Source: Octopus sinensis
Taxonomy: Eukaryota
Assembly (NCBI RefSeq): GCF_006345805.1
Contig: NC_043003.1
Location: 40,052,001-40,116,000 of the forward strand
Length of the DNA stretch: 64,000 nucleotides
Direction: 5' to 3'
Made by a program: the position numbers and the translations under genes. The notes below the pieces were generated by a model, which was not told where the DNA came from, made no database searches, and saw only the letters and a list, made by a program, of their open reading frames with translations. Each line of letters begins with the position of its first letter. Position 1 is the stretch's first letter. Shown piece by piece: positions 33,744 to 46,859 of this stretch.

Positions 33744-34060
33744 TATTTAACAGTAGTATAGATATATGGGGGCCTGAGGTACAACTTGATCTTTTCCTAG
33801 AAAGTTTTTCAAATGGCCCCAAAAACCCCACAAAATCATTACTCAAGATGATTAAGCTAATTAATAATATAATGAAGCTAAAACTATACTGCTGATACAA
33901 CAAAAATATTTCAAAACGTTTCCATCAAATGACAATATTTGATAACAATTTTTAATACTTTCTCATGATAATGACACCTCATCATTATCATATCAAGGAA
34001 GAGATCTTAAAGTTAATTCTTTTATTACCATGATTATGTTGAAAAAAAAAACAACCTGTC

Positions 34061-34494
34061 TTTACTCTCTCTCTCTTTTACTCTTTTACTTGTTTCAGTC
34101 ATTTGACTGTGGCCATGCTAGAGCACCACCTTTTTAGTCGTGCAAATCGACCCCAGGACTTATTCTTTGTAAGCCTAGTACTTATTCTATCGGTCTCTTT
34201 TGCCGAACTGCTAAGTTACGGGGACGTAAACACACCAGCATTGGTTGTCAAGCGATGTTGGTGGGGACAAACACAGACACACAAACATATACACATACAC
34301 ATACATATATAATATATATATATATATGCATATATACGATGGGCTTCCTTGAGTTTCCGTCTACCAAATCCACTCACAAGGCTTTGGTCGGCCCGAGGCT
34401 ATAGTAGAAGACATTTGCTCAAGGTGCCACGCAGTGGGATTGAACCCGGAACCATGTGGTTCGTAAGCAAGCTACTTACCACACAGCCAATCCT
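34061..34494 (-). mobile_element. Family A SINE, full length
   Basis: Reverse complement from tail to box A. Confidence 0.92.
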
Positions 34495-35676
34495 ATGCCT
34501 ATACGTCTTTGTTTCAAGATAATTTTCTGATTATAAAGCTGGTGCCTAGAATACAAATTAACATGAAATTTGGATAGAAAATTTTAATTTAGATAATTGT
34601 AACACAGAGAATGCGTATCATAAAACTGAAGGCAGTTTCAGGTGGGTTGGTATTAAAAAGGTTAATCATGAGCTGCAGGTAGCTGAACCCACCAGTTGCT
34701 CCAATTGTTGGGCTTCCTAACAGCACATCTTTAGCAAATCTAAAGTCACATATCAACAGAACGTACAGTCTTTTCAAGACAAGAAACTGACTCAGCTCCT
34801 AACAATTATTGATACACTACAAAGCTCTGGTGAGGTGTCAAAAGGAGTATTGTTCTCACATTTGAGGCAGTGCTACTGTTGCATATACAAACATCCTAGA
34901 CCCCAGAAAAATGTCACTAAACTGATTGTCATGAAGTCACTCACACACAGGATCTAATCTTTAGCCCATATGTGCACTATCTCTTCTTACTGCCTTTTCT
35001 ACTAATACTATTTTGGCTTCTGCTCCTCATAGCTGTCTAAGATCATGTTACTGTCACTCAAATATCCCTGTCCTACACATCTCTCCTCCTCTTATCACTT
35101 TTTTTGTGGCCAGTTCTTCAAGCCTTGCACTAATCCTATCCTTCCTTCCTACAATCCTGCTTGTTTAGAATTTCTTCTCTACTCACATTTTATTTCAGAG
35201 GAATTGACTCATGAAGTTACAAGTACATTAATGGCATCAATTTCATCAGTCTAGGATGGTCAATAAAAGTCAAGGGTATTGCCTCTGCTTCTCAGCTTAG
35301 CAAGTAAAACAAATGAAATGTCAGTTCAGTATCAAATAAAATGAAAAAGATTCAGATGACTTTGTCCCATTCTGTAACATAGATACCTCTTCAATCTTTT
35401 CATGATACTAAAAGAATGCTCAAAATATATAATGTGACAGGAATCAAGGGTAAACTTTGAACTGTGGTCCTAATGAAGAACTGAATGTCAGAAAGCTAGA
35501 GTGTTGACCTGAAAAACTGACTGAACTTTTGAAGAATTTGGCATTGTCTGAACTGGTAGTGGATTGTGCATCACCTGACACCTCTGTCTTGTATGCCTAT
35601 TGTAATACATTAAAACAAAAATATAAGAAATGATAGAGAGCAATGTGAGTACGGAAAAGTGAATGTTAAGACGATG

Positions 35677-35693
35677 ATCTATCAATCTATCTG

Positions 35694-35753
<60 letters not shown>

Positions 35754-35757
35754 CCTA
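35677..35757. repeat. (TCTA)n microsatellite
   Basis: Near-perfect run. Confidence 0.95.
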
Positions 35758-35759
35758 TT

Positions 35760-35972
35760 TCTTTACTACCCACAGAGAGGACAAACAAGGTCAGACAAAT
35801 GGATTAAGTCGATTATATCGACCCCAGTGTGTAACTGGTACTTAATTTATCGACCCCGAAAGGATGAAAGGCAGAGTCGACCTCGGCGGAATTTGAACTC
35901 GGAATGTAATGGCACCCGAAATTCGCTAAGCATTTCGCCCGGTATGCTAACGTTTCTGCCAGCTCACCGCCT
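35760..35972 (-). mobile_element. Family B SINE
   Basis: Reverse-complement match; an older degenerate copy follows at ~36040-36255. Confidence 0.88.
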
Positions 35973-36618
35973 TCTGTCTACCTACCTATCTATCTATCTA
36001 TCTTCTAATAAATGAATAGGATATGTATGAGATCATATCTGCTTCAAATTTTGGCACAAGGCCAGCAATTTTGAGCTAAGGGGATAAGTCGATTAAATTA
36101 ACAACAGTGTTCAAGTTACTTATTTTATTGACCTTGAAAGGACAAAAGGCAAAGTTGACCACAGTAGAATTTGAACTCAGAACATAAAGACAGACAAAAG
36201 GTCACTAAGCATTTCGCCTGGCAAGCAAACAATTCTGTCAGCTTGTCACCTTATATATGAGGTCATATTAAGATCAAATTTTGTGAACCTGTGCCCAGGA
36301 TTACACTGGGTTAGTACCACCATTGATGTATGACAGTCTTTGCCTGAATATTTGTCGTATGTACTGTGCTAGGCCACACAACCTTAGATGCATGACAACC
36401 AAAGAATCATGAAATTTGGCGCAGCAACAGAGGGTAACGTCAGAATGCTATAAAAATTTGTACTCTACTGCGGTATTGCGTACATTTTTCTGCTCTGGGA
36501 ATACGTATTGAACGTCCTTGACTTCTGACACATAACAAACAACTTTTTACAAAGTATCATTTTAGGTATTTGAAAACTAAAATTAATTAAACAGGGTTAA
36601 TTACTGTTTTATAGTAAA

Positions 36619-37015
36619 CTAGCAGTATCGCCCGGCGTTGCTCGGGTTTGTAAGGGAAATAACTATATAAGCATTTTTAGAGATGTAAAGTATAATAGCC
36701 ATCTCAGTATGGCTAACCACAAAGGGGGGGGGTGTTACTGTAGCTTTTTACGTTCTGAGATTTAATAATAAATTTTTAGAGAGTTACTTCCCTTATATAT
36801 GCCAAAAATGCATTAAAAATGGGAAAATTGATGGTAAATTCTTTTTAAAATCGTAGACTCATCGTAGACGCACGCTAATACCCAGAAGGGCTCGATATGA
36901 ATCACGACTATAAGATACCCGGTTTTGGTTAAACTGCACCGCAAAATGTGGGAGTAGTTAAGAATCTAAATCGTAGGAGACAGACAGCACACAACCTTAC
37001 TTTTATATATAAAGA
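36619..37015 (-). mobile_element. Non-autonomous Helitron
   Basis: Minus strand starts TC (A|TCTTTATATATAAAAG), ends with hairpin CCCG-AGCAACGC-CGGG then CTAG|T; inserted between A and T with no TSD. Confidence 0.82.
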
Positions 37016-37025
37016 TTTTATAAAC

Positions 37026-37163
37026 AAAATTTGGAGAAGGTAAAGAATATGCACACCCTGTGTTTAGGGATAGGGTTAGGGTTAGAGTTTATGATTAGGG
37101 TTAGGGTTTTTGTTATGCTGAAATCGGGTGGTGTGCGTATTCTTTACCTCTACCCAAAATTTA
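37026..37163. mobile_element. Small MITE-like element with internal TTAGGG repeats
   Basis: AGGTAAAGAATATGCACACC (37038-37057) / GGTGTGCGTATTCTTTACCT (37130-37149), 19/20 match; TTAGGG units between them. Confidence 0.75.
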
Positions 37164-37247
37164 ATGTTAACGTATATGTATGCTATGAACATTGATATTT
37201 TATTTGCAAAAGTCGCTTCCGTTTAGTACCAGGAGTCAAGAAACATT

Positions 37248-37590
37248 CATCATCATCATCATCATCGTTTAACATCCGCTTTCCATGCTAGCAGGGATTG
37301 GACGATTTGGCTGAGGCCTGGCGAACCAGATGGCTGCACCAGGCTCCAATCTGATCTGGCAGAGTTTCTGCAGCTGGATGCTCTTCCTAATGCCAACCAC
37401 TCCGAGAGTGTAGTGGGTACTTTTATGTGCCACCGGCACGAGGGCCAGTCAGGTGGTACTGGCAATGGCTGCATTCAAATGGTGTTTTTTACGTGCCGCC
37501 TGTACAGGAGCCAGTCCAGTGGCACAGACAACGACCTCGCTCGAATGTTTATTCACGTGCCACCGGCACAACTGCCAGTAATGATCACGC
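37248..37590 (-). mobile_element. Family D repeat
   Basis: (CAT)n-CGTTTAACATCCGC start; reverse complement of the family D body. Confidence 0.8.
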
Positions 37591-37739
37591 TCGATATAGA
37601 TAGAATATCGATTTTCTGGAACCTTCAGTCCCAAAGTAACCTCTAAATAAAACAAATATCAAATTTACTTATTTTGAGCCCAAATTCCGCCTAAGTCAAC
37701 TCTCCCATCCTTTCAGGGTTGCTAAAATAAGGGTCAATA

Positions 37740-38499
37740 TAAAGGCCTTCACCTGGGAACCGAAAAAAAAAAAAATAATAAAACAGCCTGGTGGGGTGTT
37801 AAAAACTGTATGGAAAACGAATATGAAAAAAAAAAATGCGCGCTGATGACCCTGGGGGTGAGGAGGGGACTTTCGGAAAATTCACAAGATCCGATTTTTC
37901 CCTCATAACTTCGGGTAAAATGGATATATATTGATTTTTCTTTTACGGAATCCCACGTTTTTGGTTATGGAGGATTCGATTCTGGAAAGAAAAATTTTCA
38001 AAAATCGCATTTTCAAAATTTCAATTCCCCACCCCTTCACTTTTCACGGAAATTGTTTTTTTTTTCTTTTTGCGAAATGCGTAGAAAAATACGTAGATTA
38101 GGATTCTGAAAAAAATGTTTGTAAAATTTCAATTTTTCAAAGAATATATACCCTCAGGCTTTCAAGCAGGCTTCATGCATGCTAGAAATAACAGTCAAAT
38201 TTCACAAAACTGTGATAACATAATGAAATTTTGAAAATGCGACTTTTGAAATTTTTTTTTTTTTCAGATCCTCCATAACCAAAAAGGTGGGATTCCGTAA
38301 AAAAAAAAAAAAAAAGAATCAATATATAGGCGCAGGAGTGGCTGTGTGGTAAGTAGCTTGCTAACCAACCACATGGTTCCAGGTTCAGTCCCACTGCGTG
38401 GCATCTTGGGCAAGTGTCTTCTGCTATAGCCCCGGGCCGACCAATGCCTTGTGAGTGGATTTGGTAGACGGAAACTGAAAGAAGCCTGTCGTATATATG

Positions 38500-38534
<35 letters not shown>

Positions 38535-38900
38535 TTGTTCCCCTAGCATTGCTTGACAACCGATGCTGGTGTGTTTACGTCCCCGTTACTTAGCGGTTCG
38601 GCAAAAGAGACCGATAGAATAAGTACTGGGCTTACAAAAAATAAGTCCCGGGGTCGATTTGCTCGACTAAAGGCGGTGCTCCAGCATGGCCGCAGTCAAA
38701 TGACTGAAACAAGTAAAAGAGTATATATTCATTGTACCCGAATTTATGACGGAAAAATCGGATCTTGTGAAGTCTCCTTCCCCCCACCCCCGGGTCGTCA
38801 GCGCGCATTCTTTTTTTTTTTATAACCGTTTTCCACACACTTGTTAACACCCAACCAAGATGGTTAATTTTTTTTTTCTGTTCTCGGATGAGGATTTTTA
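37740..38900. mobile_element. Long foldback element (~280-bp inverted arms), right arm interrupted by a SINE
   Basis: GCGCGCTGATGACCC..CACAAGATCCGATTTTTCC..TTACGGAATCCCAC..GGTTATGGAGGAT on the left has its reverse complement at 38225-38325 plus 38722-38890. Confidence 0.8.
38329..38721 (+). mobile_element. Family A SINE, full length, TATATA TSD
   Basis: Complete box A/B head to tail; TATATA at 38323-38328 and 38722-38727. Confidence 0.92.
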
Positions 38901-39614
38901 TATTGACAAATTTATTAATATTATACTGTAAAACAGGCCACCAGCGGCGGCGAGAATTTGAAGTTCCTGCTCTTAAATTAGAGCAGATTGAAAGAAGTTC
39001 CGGACCATCACTGTCCAGAAACTCGGTGTTGTATCTGTATAAACACACATATATGTATGTGTGCGTGTGTTTACTAACTTCAGTTGAAAATCGAAACCCT
39101 GAAAGCGGCATTACTTAGTGTATACAAAAGTCATTTGTATCGGATAGAAGCCGAGTAACTTGAAAAAAAAGGAAGCTTTAAGAAAACTTCAATAAATAAT
39201 TGATTTAATACTTCTATTTCATTTTCTCAAGATATTGAATAAAAATTTGTTACTTTCACATACGGGATAGATAAAATGTTTTCTCTGTGCACACGTCTTG
39301 TATTATAAGTTAATAAGCGACTTCAAATTCTGTTTAATAACTCAAACTATTATTTATGGCATTTAAATGAAATGTGACTTCTTTTTATTTGCCATCTTCT
39401 TTCTCCTTAGATACATTTATCAGCATTTCCAACTCCGTATCACAAACAGAAAGTTTAAAAATCTACGAACGGGTAACAAATTTTGAAGCAATGCATTTCG
39501 GAAAAAAAAAATGTAATATTGTTTCTTAACAGAACGAATTTCTAAGTAATACCAAAGAACAAAATTATTCCGCGTATATGTATTATCTTACATATCATCA
39601 AATGCAATGTGTCT

Positions 39615-39679
<65 letters not shown>

Positions 39680-39680
<1 letters not shown>

Positions 39681-39876
39681 TTCTTTATTACCCACAAGGG
39701 GCTAAACATAGAGGGGACAAACAAGGACAGACAAACGAATTAAGTCGATTACATCGATCTCAGTGCGTAACTGGTACTTAACTTATCGACCTCGGCGGAA
39801 TTTGAACCCAGAATGTAACGGCAGACGAAATACGGCTACGCATTTCGTCCGGCGTGCTAACGTTTCTGCCAGCTCG
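39680..39876 (-). mobile_element. Family B SINE (internally deleted)
   Basis: Reverse-complement match. Confidence 0.85.
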
Positions 39877-40005
39877 TAAAAAAATAGAACTCACAACATG
39901 AATATATATTTTTTTTATTATTAATTATAGCAGAGTTTACAAAGTGACACAAGGGATGGGAGTTTCGTGCGTTAGCACTTATCAAATAATATATATATAT
40001 ATATA

Positions 40006-40159
40006 CCACCTCTTTAATGATTCCGCAGTTAATACAATTATCATACATTTCCTACACATACATATAACTATATATATATATAACTATATATATATAGTTA
40101 TATGTATGTGTAGGACATGTATGATAATTGTATTAACTGCGGAATCATTAAAGAGGAGG
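40006..40159. mobile_element. TA-flanked near-perfect palindrome (Tc1/mariner-type MITE)
   Basis: Arms of ~68 bp from 40009 and ending at 40156 with 1 mismatch; TA at 40004-40005 and 40160-40161. Confidence 0.85.
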
Positions 40160-41213
40160 TAATCCGATGCAAAAAATCTGTCGGTGTTCAGTAGTGTGGG
40201 CGGAAACGGATTTGGATAGCAGTAAGGAGAAAGAACGGAAGTAGCAATAGGACAAAAAACGAAAAACAAAAACAAAACAGGAAGTATGAATAAGTGTGTG
40301 ATGTTTGCTATAGGTAGCCATCATTATATGCAAGGAGTTGGACGTTGTATCATACTTATTTCATTATAACTGGTATATATATATATATATATCATAGTTG
40401 TAGTGGCGCACGTAACAAGGCCAGGAAAAGAGACGGTGGTAATCACACAGGAATATATAATATATATATATATATCCTTTCTCCACCTCTGTCTCTCTAT
40501 TTTCAACCGACTTGACTCTGTACAAAAGAATAGTTGAGAATTTTTACTTCTCTTAAAAGGGAACCATATAGACAGAAAAAAAAAGAAGGGAAAACACAAG
40601 AGAACAGCAAGCCCCCAAAATAATAGGGCATTTGTTACATACATAAATCTGAGGTGGAACTTGTTGGAAGTAACTGCTGAGTCGAACAGACGAGCAAGAA
40701 CATTCAAGCACGGATAATATCGAAGGAGAATTCGAAAAGCGCCAGATCTCCGTTTGTTTGAATATTTTTTTTATATATTTCTTTTCTTTCTCTCTGCACT
40801 AAATTCTAACCAGCTGCGTGTGTGTGTGTGTCTGGTGTTGATTCTTCTCCTGTAAGATAAGAAGCCGAGCCAAACAACAGACGTTTCATGTGTGTGAAGG
40901 TCTAACAATTTGTCTTATTTTATTTTTATTCACTAACCCGAAAGAAAGGGATAAAAGGCATATTTTTAAAAATCGTACATTATCTAAATTGACGAAAAAA
41001 ATAATTGCCGTCACTGACCAAATCTTGTTCTATGTAGCATCTATTTAGATGTATTTGTAAATTCCTTACTTTATATCCCCCCAAAATAAGATTTTTATTT
41101 TCGATTTTTTTTTAAAGAGTTAAAAAGAAGAGGAGAGTAAACCTTGCTTAAAGCAATCTAAAGTAAAAAGTTCGTGAACTAGAATTGTGACTGGAAGTTA
41201 TCAGTTAAATTTT

Positions 41214-41942
41214 ATGCCCCGATATCGAGATACAATGCTAGATTGTAAAGTTTATGTTGGGGATCTTCCCCGTGATGCATCAGAGAAAGAGCTGGAACGG
41301 TCTTTTCGCCACTACGGCCCGCTGAAAAGCGTATGGGTAGCTCGAAACCCTGCTGGGTTTGCCTTCGTTGAATACGAAGACCCACGCGATGCCGAGGATG
41401 CGATCCGCGCCCTAGATGGTAAGACGATGTGCGGGGTTCGAGTCCGCGTGGAACATTCCACGGGCAAAGTGCGGCCGAAGCCATGGTCACGCGGTGGCGG
41501 TGGTGGAGGAGGAGGGGGTGGCGGTGGAGGCGGTCGTGGACCGTCGCGTCCGCGGCGTCCATTTAACCCCGAGGACCGTTGTTACGAATGTGGCGAACGG
41601 GGACACTACGCCTACGAGTGTAACCGCTACAACCGAAGGCGAAGGTCGACTGGCGGTGGGATGGGCGGTGGCCCCGGAGGTGGAGGTGGTTTTGGAGGTG
41701 GTGGCGGTGGCTTTAGCGGCGGTCATGGAGTTGGTTCATCAGGTCGGTCAAGAGGTGGAGGTGGTGGACGGAGGAGCTACAGTCGCAGTCGGAGTCGTAG
41801 TAGTAGTCGTAGCCGAAGTCGCAGTCCCAGGAGTCGCACCAAGTCACGTAGTCGCAGCTTCACTCCACAGTCCAGGTCATCCCACTCGCCGCTGAGCCGG
41901 GGTAGAGACAGTCCTCTGACTAGGAACGGCACGGACGACTAA
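41214..41942 (+). CDS. SRSF7: Serine/arginine-rich splicing factor, SRSF7 (9G8)/SRSF3 family, 242 aa, intronless CDS
   Basis: [21 protein letters not shown] start; [30 protein letters not shown]; zinc knuckle [14 protein letters not shown] (SRSF7-type); Gly-rich linkers; RS domain. The ATG at 41214 is preferred over the upstream GTG in the ORF track. Orthology to SRSF7 rather than SRSF3 is inferred from the knuckle. Confidence 0.95.
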   Translation: MPRYRDTMLDCKVYVGDLPRDASEKELERSFRHYGPLKSVWVARNPAGFAFVEYEDPRDAEDAIRALDGKTMCGVRVRVEHSTGKVRPKPWSRGGGGGGGGGGGGGGRGPSRPRRPFNPEDRCYECGERGHYAYECNRYNRRRRSTGGGMGGGPGGGGGFGGGGGGFSGGHGVGSSGRSRGGGGGRRSYSRSRSRSSSRSRSRSPRSRTKSRSRSFTPQSRSSHSPLSRGRDSPLTRNGTDD

Positions 41943-43489
41943 ATTCATCACCTCCACCTATGTATATATATATACAAATATATATATATAGCTTTAGTTA
42001 ATTGTAGCCTTCTTAACCTTATTCACATACCTCAGTCATAACTACCAGCACCACGACTCTCGCGCCTCTCGCTCAATGTCCTTTATAACTAACCTTCTCT
42101 CTATTTACAATCTCTTCCACACACTCGTCTACATTTAACCGCCGTCACTTTACCCTTTCAAATGTCTTAATTCTCAAATCATTTTCTCCCCCAGATTTCT
42201 AATTTACAAAAAAAAAAGTTGATCAAACAGATCATTAGTTGTAAATTCCAAATTGAAAATCAGGATTTCTAATGATAGCGATATAACAATTGCTGCTTTT
42301 TTTTTTTTTTTTTTCGTAGTGGGAGTGTAATGGAGTTCTCTCATAGTCCTTCATATTATCTTACAGTGTTGTGACGTTCATTTCATTCTTTAGTAACATT
42401 TACAACCTAAGTGAAGTAAAGTATTTTTTGCATCAACAGAGAATCGAAAAAACTAGAGCACTGCCTTAGCTCGCCCGAGTTCGAAGTACCTAAGTATGTT
42501 TGCTATTCTCTAGTTGGAATCGCTTCACATATGCTGTTGATGGCACTTTAGCAATGCATGAACATCACAGCGTGCTCATTCTATTTCACCCACCCAGTAG
42601 TTGTAGCCATGTCACATCGCTTAACAATGCTGATGTCCTTGAGAAAGGCATGAATGTCATGCAATCACCTTTGCCGTTTTCATTTACATAAGGCTACGTA
42701 AGTAAGGGCTGCTCTGCTCGTTCAGGGTTCATCTGGGGCTAAACAACAACTTTCATTATGTCAGAAGATAAATACGTGTCAGAAATCTTCCTCCAAATAT
42801 TTGTAATCTTGTGCCAATATAATTATTATCATTATCGTTGTCTTAAGAGAGCTGTGGGGGTCGGAGAAATGGTAAGAGTGCCGGGCTGCTTTGGTACGTA
42901 TTTTCAATCCTCACCCAAAGTAGGGGCAACTTTATCTTTCTTCCTTTTGAGGGAGGGTCGCTAACATAAATCTCTGTCATTATATTTGAATCGATTAAAT
43001 CGATTACTTCTTCCCTATAGATACGTGGCCAAATTTAATATATGAGGGTGGTCAAGCTTCAGATACAGAATGTCAAATTTACCCCCCACCCCCATTTCCC
43101 CAGTATTTTAAGTTTCTGTCCCACGGGCTGAAGTTCAAGTCACGCTAGTGTCGACTTTACCTTTCATCCTTCCTTGATGAAATATGAATAAATAGTGGAG
43201 TTAATTTCATTGACTTACCTCCTACATTCTCCCTTACAGATTTGTAGCCCTGTACCTAATGTTAGAAACTAGATAGATGCTTCATTGCTGAAGCAAACCG
43301 GAATTGAACAGCCAATATATATTCTAAAGTTATCTTACAAATTACCCTTACGCGTATATACGTTACAAATTACCCTTATGCGCATATACGTGTATGAGTG
43401 TTATGGACGTGTGTGTGTGTATTTATACACACACACACATATCCAATTACATTTGTAAATATTTTCAGTGTCTAGGATACAAATATCTA

Positions 43490-43623
43490 TCATATATATA
43501 TATATATATATGCACACATATAAATATTGTATGTGAAATGAATATAGACACGTTTGTTATATATATATATATAATATATATATATATATAGTTGCGTACA
43601 TGTTTATTTGGTTGTTTGTGTAC

Positions 43624-43712
<89 letters not shown>

Positions 43713-43920
43713 GCATACATATATACATATACGTTGTATATGCAGTAGCTAGACATCAGTTAAATGGCTTAGAGCTAGCTTTTAATCACGTTATCACGTG
43801 TATATATGTTATTACGCATATACACACGCACGCCGCGCGCGCGCGTGTGTGTGTGTGTGTGCGTGCGCATACATATATGAATATGTATACATACATACAT
43901 ACATACATATACGTATAACC
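43490..43920. repeat. Compound (TA)n/(TG)n/(CATA)n microsatellite block
   Basis: Visible dinucleotide and tetranucleotide runs. Confidence 0.9.
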
Positions 43921-46859
43921 AGACATCAGTTTAAAAGCTTAGCAGTAGTTTTTAATCATATTAATTAGGCATTGTTATTAAAGTAATGGATATTTATCAA
44001 ACAATCGACATCCCTATGTTTTACATTAATTGAATAAAAAAAAAGAAAAGAAAAAAAAAACTATGACGCTGAATGTGTGTCTGAGGAGAGGGCTAGAAAA
44101 TCTGTTTACAATTGAATTTAGTTGCTGCCGCCACTACTACTACTACTGCTGCTGCTGCTACTACTACTACTACTACTCTTGTCCTGTGTTTCTGAAGTGT
44201 GTCTTACTAGTAAACTAGAATCTCCTATTTTGGCAAAAATCAGTTTTTTCTGTATCACCAGCCCGACCCGACCCAACCCCAGCCTGCCCCCTATTCTTCT
44301 TTGCTTAGAATGTGGGGGTAAAATATTGAAATCGGGTCTCCACCACCTTCTCTCTGTCTTTTTCTGGCGTGGAGGTTGATGTGTTTCGCGATTGGTTGGT
44401 TGCTTATCAACTGTTGACTGTCACTACATCTCAGTCAGTTCTCTGACCTATATAAAATAACCCTTCCGCTCTACTCCACCACCCCCACCCCACCCGCCAC
44501 TCACTCCAGTACCCATCAAGGCAATAGGTCAGGTATTTCATGTCTGTGTCAAGAATAATAAAGAAATGTTAGTGTTCAATTATGTGCAAGTCACTCATTA
44601 ATTAGAAGGGAGTTCAAACGTAGGTTTATTATTTTAGGTTCTCATCCAGCCATGGGCTGAATTTATTTTAGATTTTCTCTATGCACCATTACTCTCTTAC
44701 CTCTTAGTGTGGAATAAGTACCAGTTTATAAACTGATGTGTACAAGGGAAATGAAATTAGCTCCTTCAATATAGTACCAGCAGCTTGTTTGGAAAATAAT
44801 TTGTCACCTTTCTTCTCCCACTCCTTGAAATATTCATTGTTTTCTAATCATCAAGAGCTGATTATCATACCACATTAATTTCCATCTGATTTTCCCCTCT
44901 CTTCTCTCTACTCAATAAAGTTGGCTTTGTGGTATCGTTGGTCCTTGTCTAAGACGCTCATTTGAGCAATAAGCTGTTGAAACTTCCTCAATCCGACAGA
45001 TATGCAATTATTTCTCCTAATATACCCTTTCACCTTTTAGCAGTAACCTTCCCTCTTTCACTAACAATGTCCTTTTCCTCCAAGATCTGTGCCACTGCCA
45101 CCACTCCAAATATTACCTACACATTTTCCTGAAAGTCAGAATATTCTCTGATTATTAAAATATATGTTTGATCTGAGCCTTTAACACCCCTATCCTACCT
45201 CTGTTGACCTAAATACCATCAGTTTGAACAGGAGCAACAATGAATGGGTCTGCTCCATTTTGGAAACTATGGAAAAGAAAAGCAATGATATCAAGAAGCA
45301 GTCACACATGCAAGGGAGCCTTTTTTTTTGTTTGTTTTGGTATTGCCTCTTTATTTGTTTATGCTACTGTGCCTGCAACTCCTTATCGATGCAGGATAGC
45401 AGTTCAATGTTAGCTGAAAATCACATCAACAGAACCTAAACAGGGAAAACAAGGGAGAATTCTCCTCACTCAAAACGAGACCTCGTGTATGTGTGAAAGT
45501 CACAAATAAGTCTGCATCTACAAGAACTTTCATAATAATCATTATTCTACGGTTTGGTTCGGGGACTGTTCTTCATCTTGATATCTATGTATTGACAGAC
45601 TGAAGCACCAGACGTCTGTGTGTGTGTGTGTGTGAGCATATTTGGTGTCAAATCTGCTGTCTTGTTTATTTTATTCTGTATTAGTTAATAAATCTTTCTG
45701 TCAGTCAGTCCTTCCTGATTTATAACAGGTGACACTGTCACTAGATTAAACCATGGTGCTGAAAATGTGGCCAAGAAATAAATTGCACCTCATGCAGAAC
45801 TTTATCAATATTATTATTGTGTTGAGAGAGACTGGAGGCAAATGTTCATGAGAATATTCTATAACATTGTCTTGATACCTGATTTGGAACATTGAAATTT
45901 CTTCAGTAATGGCCATTTTGAAATACTAAAACTTTTCATGTTATTAATGGTTCTGCTTAAATGTATCAAAAACATTGCTATTCAGTTATTTGTCAAAAGA
46001 AGCAAGAAAAAAAAAAACGACTCCTGCTTTGTTAACATCCATTGTGCAACACCTAGGTATCAGAAGAGAGACTTGATTTCAGTTTGAAACCATTTCATCA
46101 ACTTACTATGGTTTTTAATAACTTCAGTGAAGTTCTTAAATGTCACAGTCTCCTACCATTTCTTTTGAGCAAGTAACTGTAATGCTTCATAACTCATAAT
46201 AATTAATATCATGAAAGCTGGTTTTGACACAAACAAATGATAGAAAGCTGTATTCTCACGTTCTGGATTCAGTTTTGCTACATTTGATTCTCATTCTCCT
46301 ATTCTATTCTTGGCAAGATTGAGCTCTTGTTTTCCTTTGCCTCCTTCCTCAGTGATAAAGAATATTTTGTATACCAGTAACATTGGTGGGTTGAAACAGA
46401 TTTGATTGCTTGTATCTAATTCTTCCCACTTCCAAGAAAATATACATCACTACTATTATCATCACCAAAACGGCAGATAGAACTCACAGAAGCAGCTGAA
46501 CTGAATGGGCAAGAGATTTGGAGATGTATACTCAGTTTGATAAATAATCATGAAAGAATTAAAGCTATTTTGAATCTCATTTCTGGTGAGAAAATAGCGA
46601 AAGAGAGAACTGGTCAATCCCATCAACCATCATCTTCAACACCAACTGATAATTAATAATTATACAGCAGCAAATTTATTGATATCACCTGGCATCATCT
46701 CCTCCTTTCTTAATATCAGATGAGCAACCGTAATCTCAAGAACAGTGATACAATGGTAAATAAAAGGAGCAGTAGCAGCCACAACAAAACCCATTGTCAT
46801 ACTGTTGTATATTGGAGCAACACCAGCACAATTCATTCCTGTACAAGAAGTACTAATTG

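Noticed and set aside
8120-38825. Recurring ORFs such as RRASFSFRLPNPLTRLWSARG and LFYLFQSFDCGHAGAPP
   Set aside because: They are incidental frames of family A SINE copies, with inconsistent starts and stops.
41212-41895. Alternative-frame and antisense ORFs over the SR gene
   Set aside because: They are shadows of GC-rich Gly/Arg/Ser codons and have no domain features.
2317-41942. Functional coupling between the tRNA-Gly(GCC) array and the Gly-rich SR gene (about 35 of 52 Gly codons are GGT/GGC by manual count)
   Set aside because: tRNAs act in trans and the loci are over 20 kb apart across TE-filled DNA; nothing in the sequence supports more than coincidence.
46420-46656. 79-codon open frame (..RQIELTEAAELNGQEIW..)
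   Set aside because: It has no ATG and no recognisable domain, and a frame of this length is expected by chance; retained only as part of the speculative 3' exon.
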